Source: an uncultured virus (IMG/VR IMGVR_UViG_3300033405_000010)
Taxonomy: Duplodnaviria > Heunggongvirae > Uroviricota > Caudoviricetes
IMG/VR virus record: IMGVR_UViG_3300033405_000010
Length of the DNA: 36,235 nucleotides
Strand: one strand, 5' to 3'
Both the position numbers and the translations under genes were made by a program. Numbering within the stretch: the stretch's first letter is position 1; each line of letters begins with the position of its first letter. The notes under the pieces were generated by a model, which saw only the letters and a program-made list of their open reading frames with translations, was not told the DNA's origin and ran no database searches. Shown here in pieces: positions 25,201 through 32,993 of this stretch.

Positions 25201-26810
25201 TACTCCTCCGTGGACTCCGAAGGCCACTGGATGTTGATGTTCGCGGGGATGATGTTCGAGATGATGCCCTTGACGAGGTTGCGCTCCTTGATGGTCTCGA
25301 ACAGGTAGACCAGGGAGATGAACGCGGGCGAGGGGCCGGCGCCGGTTCGGTCGCCGAGCTTCAGGAGTTTGAAGAAGTGGCCCATGTCGCGCGACGAGAC
25401 GGGGTAGTGGACGCGGCCGGGGAGGAAAGCGGTGCGAAGGTCGCCGAACATCCGGTGGACCCACTCGTTGCGGATTTGCCCAATCATCTCGTGGGGCGGG
25501 TAGGTCTTCTCCTCGTACTTGGTGTTCCAGATGTACCAGAAGACCATCGAGAACCGGGACCGCAGCGCGATGTTCAGCGGCTTGACGGCGATGTAGCCAG
25601 GGCCGACCGGGTTGCCCGCGCCGATGAACCAGAACTTTGGGTGGGCCGGCACGATTTCGCCGTTGCGCTGCGTGAGCGTGAGGAAGTGCTGGTCATCGAG
25701 GAGGGAGTTGACCGCGGCCAGGACGTCCGCCGACGTCATGTTCAATTCGTCCGCGATAAACGTGCCGCCGTACCGGACCATCTTCGTCAGCACGCCGTCG
25801 ACCCACACGAACGCCGGGACCTTGCCCGTCTTGTCCGGCGAGGCGTTCTCGTTCGGAATCCACTGCCCGATGATTTGCTCGGGCGTCATCGAAGACATGA
25901 TGGCACGGTAGACACGAGGGGCCTCCCAGGGCCGCGCGCCGTTCATCGCACGCTTGTTCGCGTCCAGCTTGGGGTCGCCCAGGGCGGCGAAGACCGAGTG
26001 CGTCTTCCCGGTTCCCGAGTGGCCCATCATCAGGACCGGACCGGGGCCTTCGGTGAACGGGTGCCCCGGCTCCTGCTTCGGCTCGAACATCTGCTGGAGC
26101 AGCCACACGTCCGTGCCGACCTTCGGGTCGATGGGCGAGGGGGTACCAATCAACTGAGGGGTGTACTGCTTGGTCGCCACCTCGGTCGGGATGAGGACGT
26201 CCCAGGTGTCGCCGTAAGGATGGGCCTTCTTCCGCGGGTCGGCCTTCCAGATGACGGTCCACTTTTGGGAGTAGGCGTCGCTCCCGACGTCGCGGGGCAT
26301 CCAGTACGAGCCCTCGAACAGCGTATCGTCGCCGTTGTACTTCTTGACCTCCTCAATCCGGACGCCTTCGGGCAGAACGAAGTCGACCTCCTCCGGCGTC
26401 AGCGGAGGGGAGGGAGGGACGTCCGGGACCGGCTCGGGCTCGGGCGGGGCCTGCGGCGGCGCCTGGACGGGGCCGGCCTTCTCGGCCTGAACTGTCTGCT
26501 CGGCCACCGGTTCGGGGCCCGCGGGCGGGGATTGTACCGCAACCGTCGGCGTGGTCGTCTGTGCGGACGGGGCCGTGGCAGGGACTGCACCGGCTCCACG
26601 GAAGAAGTAGCGACGCGTGCCTCCGACCATCTGGCTCTCTAGGAGCCTCGACCGCCAGTAGTCGACCGTTCCTCTTGCAACGGTGGACCCGGTATCGGCC
26701 TGGTACTTCTGCATCACCGCGTCGCTGAGCGCGGTGCCGCCGATGGTTCCGCCCGTGGAGTCCAGGACCTCCTGGAACCACTGCTTCCATTTCGGCTCTT
26801 CAATCGCCAT
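25200..26810 (-). CDS. MoxR/CbbQ/CobS-type AAA+ ATPase
   Basis: Walker A GHSGTGKT, WVDGVL, Walker B FIADELN, GAGNP..Y..LNIALRSRF, SSRD. Confidence 0.92.
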   Translation of the reverse strand: MAIEEPKWKQWFQEVLDSTGGTIGGTALSDAVMQKYQADTGSTVARGTVDYWRSRLLESQMVGGTRRYFFRGAGAVPATAPSAQTTTPTVAVQSPPAGPEPVAEQTVQAEKAGPVQAPPQAPPEPEPVPDVPPSPPLTPEEVDFVLPEGVRIEEVKKYNGDDTLFEGSYWMPRDVGSDAYSQKWTVIWKADPRKKAHPYGDTWDVLIPTEVATKQYTPQLIGTPSPIDPKVGTDVWLLQQMFEPKQEPGHPFTEGPGPVLMMGHSGTGKTHSVFAALGDPKLDANKRAMNGARPWEAPRVYRAIMSSMTPEQIIGQWIPNENASPDKTGKVPAFVWVDGVLTKMVRYGGTFIADELNMTSADVLAAVNSLLDDQHFLTLTQRNGEIVPAHPKFWFIGAGNPVGPGYIAVKPLNIALRSRFSMVFWYIWNTKYEEKTYPPHEMIGQIRNEWVHRMFGDLRTAFLPGRVHYPVSSRDMGHFFKLLKLGDRTGAGPSPAFISLVYLFETIKERNLVKGIISNIIPANINIQWPSESTEE

Positions 26811-26812
26811 CT

Positions 26813-27283
26813 TCACTCCGTGGAGAACGCAATCGTCTCCGCCTTGCGCCACCGTGGGCCGCTGTTAGGGGGGTAGAGGACCCATCGCTCGGCCTCCCAC
26901 TTCCCGCGCCCCTTGGCGCGGGTAATCCAAATCTCGCCCTGGCCGACGAGGGGGCCGGCCATGCGGTTCTCTCCGTAGTCGAACCGCCGGCGCCGCAACT
27001 CCTCGCTGTCCGGAAGGTCGCCCGGGATGTAGCCGATGGGGATGGTCAGGTAGTCGCCCTTCTCGACCTCGAATCGGGTGATGATGGCGAAGTACGGTTG
27101 GTCGGGGTCGTCGATGCCCCTGGGGATGATGGGCTTCACGCTCCACTCGCGCTCGTAGTAGTACTTGGCGATGGCAAGCGCGATGGGGTCGTTCGTCTGG
27201 AACTTGTCCGTGGGCCGGTCGTCGTACGAGTCCATCGGCACCACCGGATTCGACTTGAGCTTTGGAGGAAGTTGCTCGCGCAT
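26813..27283 (-). CDS. hypothetical protein, N-terminus MREQLPPKLKSNP
   Basis: 156-aa ORF in the operon; GAGGGT RBS. Confidence 0.7.
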   Translation of the reverse strand: MREQLPPKLKSNPVVPMDSYDDRPTDKFQTNDPIALAIAKYYYEREWSVKPIIPRGIDDPDQPYFAIITRFEVEKGDYLTIPIGYIPGDLPDSEELRRRRFDYGENRMAGPLVGQGEIWITRAKGRGKWEAERWVLYPPNSGPRWRKAETIAFSTE

Positions 27284-27297
27284 GGTGCTCGGACCCT

Positions 27298-27540
27298 CTA
27301 CCCACCTCCGGCTACTTGAGGATGCACACGAGCGTAGCAGACGTCCATCGAGACGGGGCGATAGGGCCAGATGCGGCCTTCGAGGCCGTCCAGCACGCGC
27401 ACGACCTGTTCCTCGGGGAGTCGGACCGCCTGAGCCACCTTCGCGGCGTCGATGCCGTCCCACCCGCCGCGCTCTATCTCGTCCATGTGGTGGAGGGTCA
27501 GGTGGCGGACGACGATTTCCTCCGCTCTACAGTCCATCAT
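27298..27540 (-). CDS. small winged-HTH-like protein
   Basis: IDAAKVAQAVRLPEEQVVRVLDGLE. Confidence 0.55.
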   Translation of the reverse strand: MMDCRAEEIVVRHLTLHHMDEIERGGWDGIDAAKVAQAVRLPEEQVVRVLDGLEGRIWPYRPVSMDVCYARVHPQVAGGG

Positions 27541-27865
27541 GGTGCTTCCCCTGCCGGGCCGCGTAGATGGCCAGGGCCGCAACCGCTGCCCCCGCGAGGT
27601 ACTCCGCCGTGTCGAGCAAGCTCGCCTCGTAGGTGTCCCCCTCGTAGATGGTGTCGTAGATGGGGTCCTTGATGGTGGCGAAGGCGAAGACCGCGAAGAT
27701 GCCCGCGGGTATCGCGTCCGGGCGTTTCGGCCAGAACACGGCCGCCGCCGTCACGACGAGGGCGCCGAACGAGAGGTGGAGCAGGTCGGCGACCAGCCGA
27801 AGGCTCGGCGGGCTCACCGGCATCTCGTTGGAGGGAGGCCAGACGATTGGGAGTTGCCACTGCAT
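27527..27865 (-). CDS. three-TM membrane protein
   Basis: Three hydrophobic segments; DLLH...KDPIYD...DTAEY pattern. Confidence 0.7.
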   Translation of the reverse strand: MQWQLPIVWPPSNEMPVSPPSLRLVADLLHLSFGALVVTAAAVFWPKRPDAIPAGIFAVFAFATIKDPIYDTIYEGDTYEASLLDTAEYLAGAAVAALAIYAARQGKHHDGL

Positions 27866-27881
27866 ACCCCCTCAACACACC

Positions 27882-28874
27882 TCAGTGCACTTCCGCAATC
27901 ACGTCGATGGCCGACTCGGCCGCCTCCGCATCGTCCGCCGCAGTCGCCGCGTAGATGTCCGCGAACGACGAGTAGGTCGCCGCCAGGTCGGACTCGCTCG
28001 TCGCGGCAGCGAGGTCCGTGAACGACGCGCTGAGGCTGTCGGCGCTCGCAATCGCAGGGTCGCCCGAAGCCATCGTCCGCAGCGCCGTGCTCGCGTCGTC
28101 GGCGCTGGTCGCGCCGCTGTCCACGTCCGTGATGGCCTTGGCCTGAGCCCCGGCCTGCCCGGCCGCTCCGGGACTGAAGTCGTCCCCGACCTCGACGTCG
28201 TCCGGGTCCTCGGGCGGGTTGCCCTTTCCGTTCTTGGCCGAGTAGACTTTGCTCCACACGTAGGCACGGTAAGCGAAGGCGCCGACGCCGATGGCCGCTA
28301 GGCCACCCGCGAAGAGAGCGAACGCCCAGCCGACCTCCTTCAGGGTGTTGTCGAGGGTCTGACCCGGGGTAGGAGCCGACGGTCCGCAGGCCGCGGCCAT
28401 CTGCGACTGCACCGTCGCGGCCTGGCTCTGGAGGGACTGGATTTCCGCCTGCTGCTGGGAGGTGTACGAACCCCCGACCTTGTAGGCCGCGAGGTTGACG
28501 TTGTTGATTTGCGTGTAGAGGGATGCGAGTTCGCTGGTCAGTTGGTTGCAGGCCGCGGGGTTGTTCGCGGGCGGGTTGAGGGCCCCGGCGACCGTGCCGA
28601 CGAGGTAGTAGAGGACGACCCCGACCACTCCGACCACGGCGGCGACCCCTGCGGCGATGAGGACCGTCTTGCCGTGCTTCTCGAACCATGTGCCCTTGGT
28701 CGCCTTCTGCGCTGCCGCGGTGGTCTTCGTCTTGACCGTCTGGTACGTCGCACGAACGCGCTGACGCACCGTCTTCTTCTTGGCCGGGTTCGTACGGACG
28801 CGGAGGACCGGAACGTAGACGACCTTGTTGTTCACCAGTCGCGGAACCTTCTTCGGCCTCACTTTCACGTACAT
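27882..28874 (-). CDS. two-TM coiled-coil protein with basic N-terminus ending RTNP and acidic Ala-rich tail
   Basis: VPVLRVRTNP; TM VLIAAGVAAVVGVVGVVLYYL; Cys-closed coiled-coil hairpin; second TM. Confidence 0.8.
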   Translation of the reverse strand: MYVKVRPKKVPRLVNNKVVYVPVLRVRTNPAKKKTVRQRVRATYQTVKTKTTAAAQKATKGTWFEKHGKTVLIAAGVAAVVGVVGVVLYYLVGTVAGALNPPANNPAACNQLTSELASLYTQINNVNLAAYKVGGSYTSQQQAEIQSLQSQAATVQSQMAAACGPSAPTPGQTLDNTLKEVGWAFALFAGGLAAIGVGAFAYRAYVWSKVYSAKNGKGNPPEDPDDVEVGDDFSPGAAGQAGAQAKAITDVDSGATSADDASTALRTMASGDPAIASADSLSASFTDLAAATSESDLAATYSSFADIYAATAADDAEAAESAIDVIAEVH

Positions 28875-29851
28875 GAGCACCCGTTGTCAACTCCTGTGTT
28901 GTCGCAACACATATCGACGCTCGCGGCCACGACGATTTGAGTCTGAATGGACGTCCCCGATACGGTCACGGTGATGGTCCCTACCTGACCACCGTCCACC
29001 TCCGAGCACTGCGAGCCCTGCCCGTTGCCGCCGCAGAGATTCGAGATGCAGTTGGTGTACGGCGGGTTGCCTCCGTTCTGGAAGGACGTCGGGACGGTGC
29101 CCATCTGCACGGGAACGAGAGCGTAGCCGTCGGAGTTGGTCGTTCCGGAGGTCTCAGAAAGGCTCGCCTGCCCGTTAATCGTGTAGCTCAGGAGGACGCC
29201 CGCCATCGGGAATCCGTACTGGTCAAGCACGCGGACGTTCGTCGCCGCGCTGCCGCCCTGGTAGCTGAAGTTGCATGGCCCCGCGCTCGTGCAGTCGAAG
29301 ACCCAGTAGCACTCGGTGTAGCTGTAGTTCGCCGTGGTGGGAATCGTGATGGAACTGTCCTGCGCCGTGAGGCTCGTTGCCACCGGGACGTAGCAGGCAC
29401 CCTGGTTGCAGGAGAAATCCTGCGAGCCGAGGCAGCCACAGTCGCTCTGGCAGGAGGCTCCGTTCGCGCAGGTGCAGGTTCCCGCGCAGCCCGTCCCCTC
29501 GACGCAGTAGCCGTTCTGGCAGGTCTCTCCCGCCATGCACTCGCTGTTGTTCGTGCAGGCGACGCCGGCACTTATGCAGGTGCCTCCCGAGCACTGCTCA
29601 CCCGAAGGGCACTGGGAATCGCTCGTGCACCCACCGCCGCCCCCGCCTCCCCCGTAGGTCTTGATGAGGTAGTAGACGCCAACGCCCGCCGCCGCGGCGA
29701 CCGCGCCGCCGATGGCGAGGGGAATCCATACCGACGTCTTCTTGGGGGGCGCCGGGGCAGGAGCCGCCGGGTTCGTTCGATGCCGAACGACGGGGATGGG
29801 TCGAACCCGAAGGGGCGCTACCCTGGCTCGAACGGGGGCCGGACCACTCAT
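28865..29851 (-). CDS. membrane-anchored Cys-rich protein with Ig-like (Big_1-type) domain
   Basis: PLRVRPIPVVRHRTNP, TM, repeats CTSDSQCPSGEQC..G.C, VLDQYGFPMAGV...TTNSDGYA. Confidence 0.82.
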   Translation of the reverse strand: MSGPAPVRARVAPLRVRPIPVVRHRTNPAAPAPAPPKKTSVWIPLAIGGAVAAAAGVGVYYLIKTYGGGGGGGGCTSDSQCPSGEQCSGGTCISAGVACTNNSECMAGETCQNGYCVEGTGCAGTCTCANGASCQSDCGCLGSQDFSCNQGACYVPVATSLTAQDSSITIPTTANYSYTECYWVFDCTSAGPCNFSYQGGSAATNVRVLDQYGFPMAGVLLSYTINGQASLSETSGTTNSDGYALVPVQMGTVPTSFQNGGNPPYTNCISNLCGGNGQGSQCSEVDGGQVGTITVTVSGTSIQTQIVVAASVDMCCDNTGVDNGCSCT

Positions 29852-29859
29852 GGCGGCCC

Positions 29860-30486
29860 TCAGACCGATGTCGGCCCGTTTCTGCTGCTCGGCCCGTTCG
29901 TCTTCGGCCCGTTCGAGGAAGCGAGGGAGACCGTCACCTGGACGGTGTTGCTCGAAGCGCCGGCCGACGTGTCCTGGGCCACGATGTTGTACGTTGTCAT
30001 CATGTTCGCGGGCAGAGACGACGTCAGCAGGAGACGTGGGTTGGGGACGGGCCCGTTCGGGTTCAGGCCGAAGATGGTGCTGGCGTTGAAGTTCCCGTTC
30101 TGGTCGAACGTCCCGGCTGCGATGGTCGTGGTCGAGCCCATGTTCGTGCCGGAAATGACCGCCGAGTTGATGACGACCGCGTCGCCGGGCTTGCCGTTCG
30201 TCACCGCGATGGGCACCGTGATGCCCGGCATGACGTTGGCCAGGCCCGTGTCACCGTTGACGGTCAGCGTCGGGCCAGGCGAGCCCGTGCCGGTAACGAT
30301 GGACCCGTTGCCGCTCGCGGGCTGCTTTCGAGTGAGGTAGTAGGCGAGGCCGATGACGGCGGCGGCGGCGAGCCCAAGCCCCAGTGCGATGCCCAACTGC
30401 TTCTTCTTCTTCGCGGCCATCGGGTTCGGCTTGATGCCTAGTTTCGACGGCTGGAGGCGGATTTTCAGCTTCGGTTTGGTCGCCAT
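29860..30486 (-). CDS. membrane-anchored Ig-like beta protein
   Basis: KLKIRLQP..IKPNP, KKKK, TM, Thr/Asn-rich beta domain ending SNTVQVTV. Confidence 0.8.
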   Translation of the reverse strand: MATKPKLKIRLQPSKLGIKPNPMAAKKKKQLGIALGLGLAAAAVIGLAYYLTRKQPASGNGSIVTGTGSPGPTLTVNGDTGLANVMPGITVPIAVTNGKPGDAVVINSAVISGTNMGSTTTIAAGTFDQNGNFNASTIFGLNPNGPVPNPRLLLTSSLPANMMTTYNIVAQDTSAGASSNTVQVTVSLASSNGPKTNGPSSRNGPTSV

Positions 30487-30488
30487 TT

Positions 30489-31691
30489 TCACACCATGTT
30501 CACTCGGTTCTTGTAGTAGGTGAAACCGTAGTCCTGGCCGTTCCCGTTGTCACCCGTCGGGTAACGGTCACTGCGGATGGTCCCGCCACGGCCCGCGGCA
30601 GCAATCGCGGGGAAGGCCGTCTCGCGCGCCGGGAAAGCCTTGCCGCAGCAGGCTTTGTTCCCGCCCGCGCCGTACTGCCGGACCAACGGGCCCGGACCGG
30701 TCATCGTGACGTTGTCCATGATGGAGAAGGCGAGACCGCCGCCGCCCGCACCGTACTGGCGCACGCGCGGACCGGGGCCCGTCATCGTCACGTTGTCCAT
30801 GATGGTGTAGACCCTCGGGCGCGTGGGGAGGGGACGCGAGCCGATGACCGGCATGGCGATGCCGGTACCGCCCGCGCCGTACTGGGCGACGCGAGGGCCG
30901 GGCCCGGTCATGGTCACGTTGTCCATGATGGTGTAGACCTTCGGTCGGGCGTAGAGCGGGCGCGCGCCAATCACGGGCAGGACTACCTGCATGTTGTTTC
31001 CTCCGATGTTCCCAAACTGAGCGCCGTAGTCACCGATGCGAGACGGGACGGCGGGCGCGGCGTAGGTCCTTCCGGACTGGTAGATTCGCTGACCGGTCCC
31101 TCCACCGCCCGCTCCGTAGCTCGGCATGGGAGCGCGGGGCGAGACGATGCCGGAGCCGGTGCGCGGACCCCAGTAACCGTACTGCAACGGAATCTTGGTC
31201 CCTGGGATGACGGGCGCGGCCCTCGCGGGCCACACGCCATGCCCGACCGTTCCGATTTCCTTGAGTTGGGGAATCGTCGGCATCATCTGCGGAAGCGGCT
31301 TCGTCACGTACGGACCCCATGTTTCGAGGCCGCCGGCGCCAACCTTTCCGCCGTAGGCGGGAGGGGACTGGACGGCTGGGACGGGCTCGATTCCGGGGGG
31401 CGTCGAGGCCCATGCCGAGGGGCCGGACGACTGGGGCACCTGTTGGCCCGCGACGGTGGCCGACGGGTTGACTCCTACGTTCTGCGTCGAGGTCGAGCCC
31501 GGCATGACGGGCGAGGCTGGCGACCCGCCGCCCGAGGACTGCTTCGTGACGACGTAGAGCACAGTGGCCCCGACAGCTACGGCTCCGAGCCCGCCCACCA
31601 CGATGGCCAGGTCCCGAGACGAGGGGTTCGGCTTCGAAGACTTTGCCGCGATGGCACGGACCTTGAGGGGTGCTACCTTCACGGGGGGCAT
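30489..31691 (-). CDS. membrane-anchored Gly/Pro-rich repeat protein
   Basis: ATG 9 nt after motif copy 4; PLKVRAI..KPNP, TM, three IMDNVTMTGPGP.V.QYGAGG repeats. Confidence 0.8.
   Translation of the reverse strand: MPPVKVAPLKVRAIAAKSSKPNPSSRDLAIVVGGLGAVAVGATVLYVVTKQSSGGGSPASPVMPGSTSTQNVGVNPSATVAGQQVPQSSGPSAWASTPPGIEPVPAVQSPPAYGGKVGAGGLETWGPYVTKPLPQMMPTIPQLKEIGTVGHGVWPARAAPVIPGTKIPLQYGYWGPRTGSGIVSPRAPMPSYGAGGGGTGQRIYQSGRTYAAPAVPSRIGDYGAQFGNIGGNNMQVVLPVIGARPLYARPKVYTIMDNVTMTGPGPRVAQYGAGGTGIAMPVIGSRPLPTRPRVYTIMDNVTMTGPGPRVRQYGAGGGGLAFSIMDNVTMTGPGPLVRQYGAGGNKACCGKAFPARETAFPAIAAAGRGGTIRSDRYPTGDNGNGQDYGFTYYKNRVNMV
30661..30980 (-). repeat. intragenic repeats: 3x IMDNVTMTGPGPxVxQYGAGG and 2x PVIGxRPLxxRPxVYT
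   Basis: Protein-level repeats with synonymous differences; GTTGTCCATGAT occurs three times on the + strand. Confidence 0.85.
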
Positions 31692-31700
31692 CCCTAGAGC

Positions 31701-31726
31701 CACCCGGCTCAGCCTATTTGAGCCCT
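31701..31726 (-). promoter_or_regulatory. conserved 26-bp putative late promoter, copy 4
   Basis: AGGGCTCAAATA-GGCTGA-GCCGGGTG, followed by 9 nt and the ATG at 31691. Confidence 0.75.
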
Positions 31727-31736
31727 AAGTCGAGCG

Positions 31737-31919
31737 TCACCACTTCCCGATGGGGCAGTGCTGGTTCGGCATCCGCGTTTTGAGGTTCATCCAGCACTTG
31801 CAGATGTGGCACTGCAACTGCCCGGCGGGGTAGACAATCGCGTTCTCGCAGTCGAGGCAGATGTTGAACCGTTGCTGCGCGTTGGACGACTGACCGGGGA
31901 AGTGCAGCGTGAAGCTCAT
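31737..31919 (-). CDS. small Cys-rich protein (R..IC..C...C..C.C...KT....CP..KW; DUF6171-like pattern)
   Basis: RFNICLDC..QCHICKCWMNLKTRMPNQHCPIGKW. Confidence 0.75.
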   Translation of the reverse strand: MSFTLHFPGQSSNAQQRFNICLDCENAIVYPAGQLQCHICKCWMNLKTRMPNQHCPIGKW

Positions 31920-31920
31920 G

Positions 31921-32244
31921 TCACTGCTCGATGACGGTATTCTGCGTCAGTAGAGAATACCTTCGGATGACGTCCTGGCCCAAGGCCGTCACCGTCGAGG
32001 GCACGAGGAGGAACTGAACCGGCATCGCCGGACCGCCGTGGAAGGAGACCATAACGGTCGCCATCGGAATCATCGTCGGCCCGTTCGCCGTCTCGATGGG
32101 GACCTCCTGGTACGGCTGGATGTTGAGTTCGGCGGCGATGTCCTGTGGGAGCAGCGACCACGAGGCGAGCGTGTCGAGCGCGAAGTCCAGTGTCACGTTC
32201 CCGTAGTCGGTGATGAGCGTGGCACGCTCCGTGAAGGGCTGCAC
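31921..32244 (-). CDS. retropepsin-like (clan AA) aspartic protease homolog with DTL in place of DTG
   Basis: FALDTLASWSLLP..IA..L, ETANG flap, ALGQD; 107 aa. Confidence 0.75.
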   Translation of the reverse strand: MQPFTERATLITDYGNVTLDFALDTLASWSLLPQDIAAELNIQPYQEVPIETANGPTMIPMATVMVSFHGGPAMPVQFLLVPSTVTALGQDVIRRYSLLTQNTVIEQ

Positions 32245-32601
32245 CTACGCTACCTTCCTGGGTGCGATGGACTTGAGGTATTCGACGGCGGGCGGTGGCG
32301 GGTAGCTCGGAGGCTGCGGGACCCGACGCGTGAGCATCGGAGGGACGCCGGCCGTGCCGGGGGTGGGGAAGACGTGGTCCATGAGACCGCGCCGTGCGAG
32401 ACGGTAGTTCTCGCGGGAGTCACGGTAGTGGATGTTGCGGCAGTGCATCTCCATGTCGTACTTCATCTCCTCGATGTCGCGGCCGACGGAGACGAAGTGG
32501 CAGCCGGGGAACGTGCACGGACTCCCCATCTTCCGCTCGCGGAACGGGGCGTCAAGTTTCACCGGCATCGGGCGCACGAATCCGGGCTCTTCAATCGGCA
32601 T
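32245..32601 (-). CDS. C2H2-like zinc finger protein
   Basis: CTFPGC...MEMHCRNIH; TAATG overlap. Confidence 0.7.
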   Translation of the reverse strand: MPIEEPGFVRPMPVKLDAPFRERKMGSPCTFPGCHFVSVGRDIEEMKYDMEMHCRNIHYRDSRENYRLARRGLMDHVFPTPGTAGVPPMLTRRVPQPPSYPPPPAVEYLKSIAPRKVA

Positions 32602-32993
32602 TACGACCCCACCCACGCCATGCCGACCGGCATAGCGTGGTACCTAAAGTCTTCTCCGGCGCGATGCGGACGCCCCTCTTTGCACGCCGGGCAGCCGGAG
32701 GCCGCACCGACCTTGGCGACATCCTCCCGGAGGTCCTTGTAGGGGTACCTCCGCTCGTTCATCTTGGAGCCGCGGAAGATTCCCTTCAACTGCTCGGGCG
32801 TGTGCTTGTGGGCGTGGAACTTCAGCGAGCCCTTGGCGTGAACGTGACGGTGCTTGTGCTCGAACTGAATCATCCCCTTGCCCTTCACAATCATCCAGTG
32901 CTTGTGGGGATGGTCGTGGGTCGTCGCGGGGTTCTCCATGACCTCGGCCAGGTACTTCGTCCCGTCCTTGCGGACCACACGGACCAGCGTCAT
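32601..32993 (-). CDS. LVRVRRKDG-leader protein, His-rich
   Basis: MTLVRVVRKDGTKYLAEVMENP; HDHPHKH, HKHRHVH, HAHKH, CPAC..PH. Confidence 0.8.
   Translation of the reverse strand: MTLVRVVRKDGTKYLAEVMENPATTHDHPHKHWMIVKGKGMIQFEHKHRHVHAKGSLKFHAHKHTPEQLKGIFRGSKMNERRYPYKDLREDVAKVGAASGCPACKEGRPHRAGEDFRYHAMPVGMAWVGS

Noticed and set aside
19465..26810. Cobalamin cobaltochelatase CobST as a metabolic gene pair
   Set aside because: No cobN or other B12 genes are nearby; the split architecture and structural-gene context fit a viral MoxR-vWA chaperone better.
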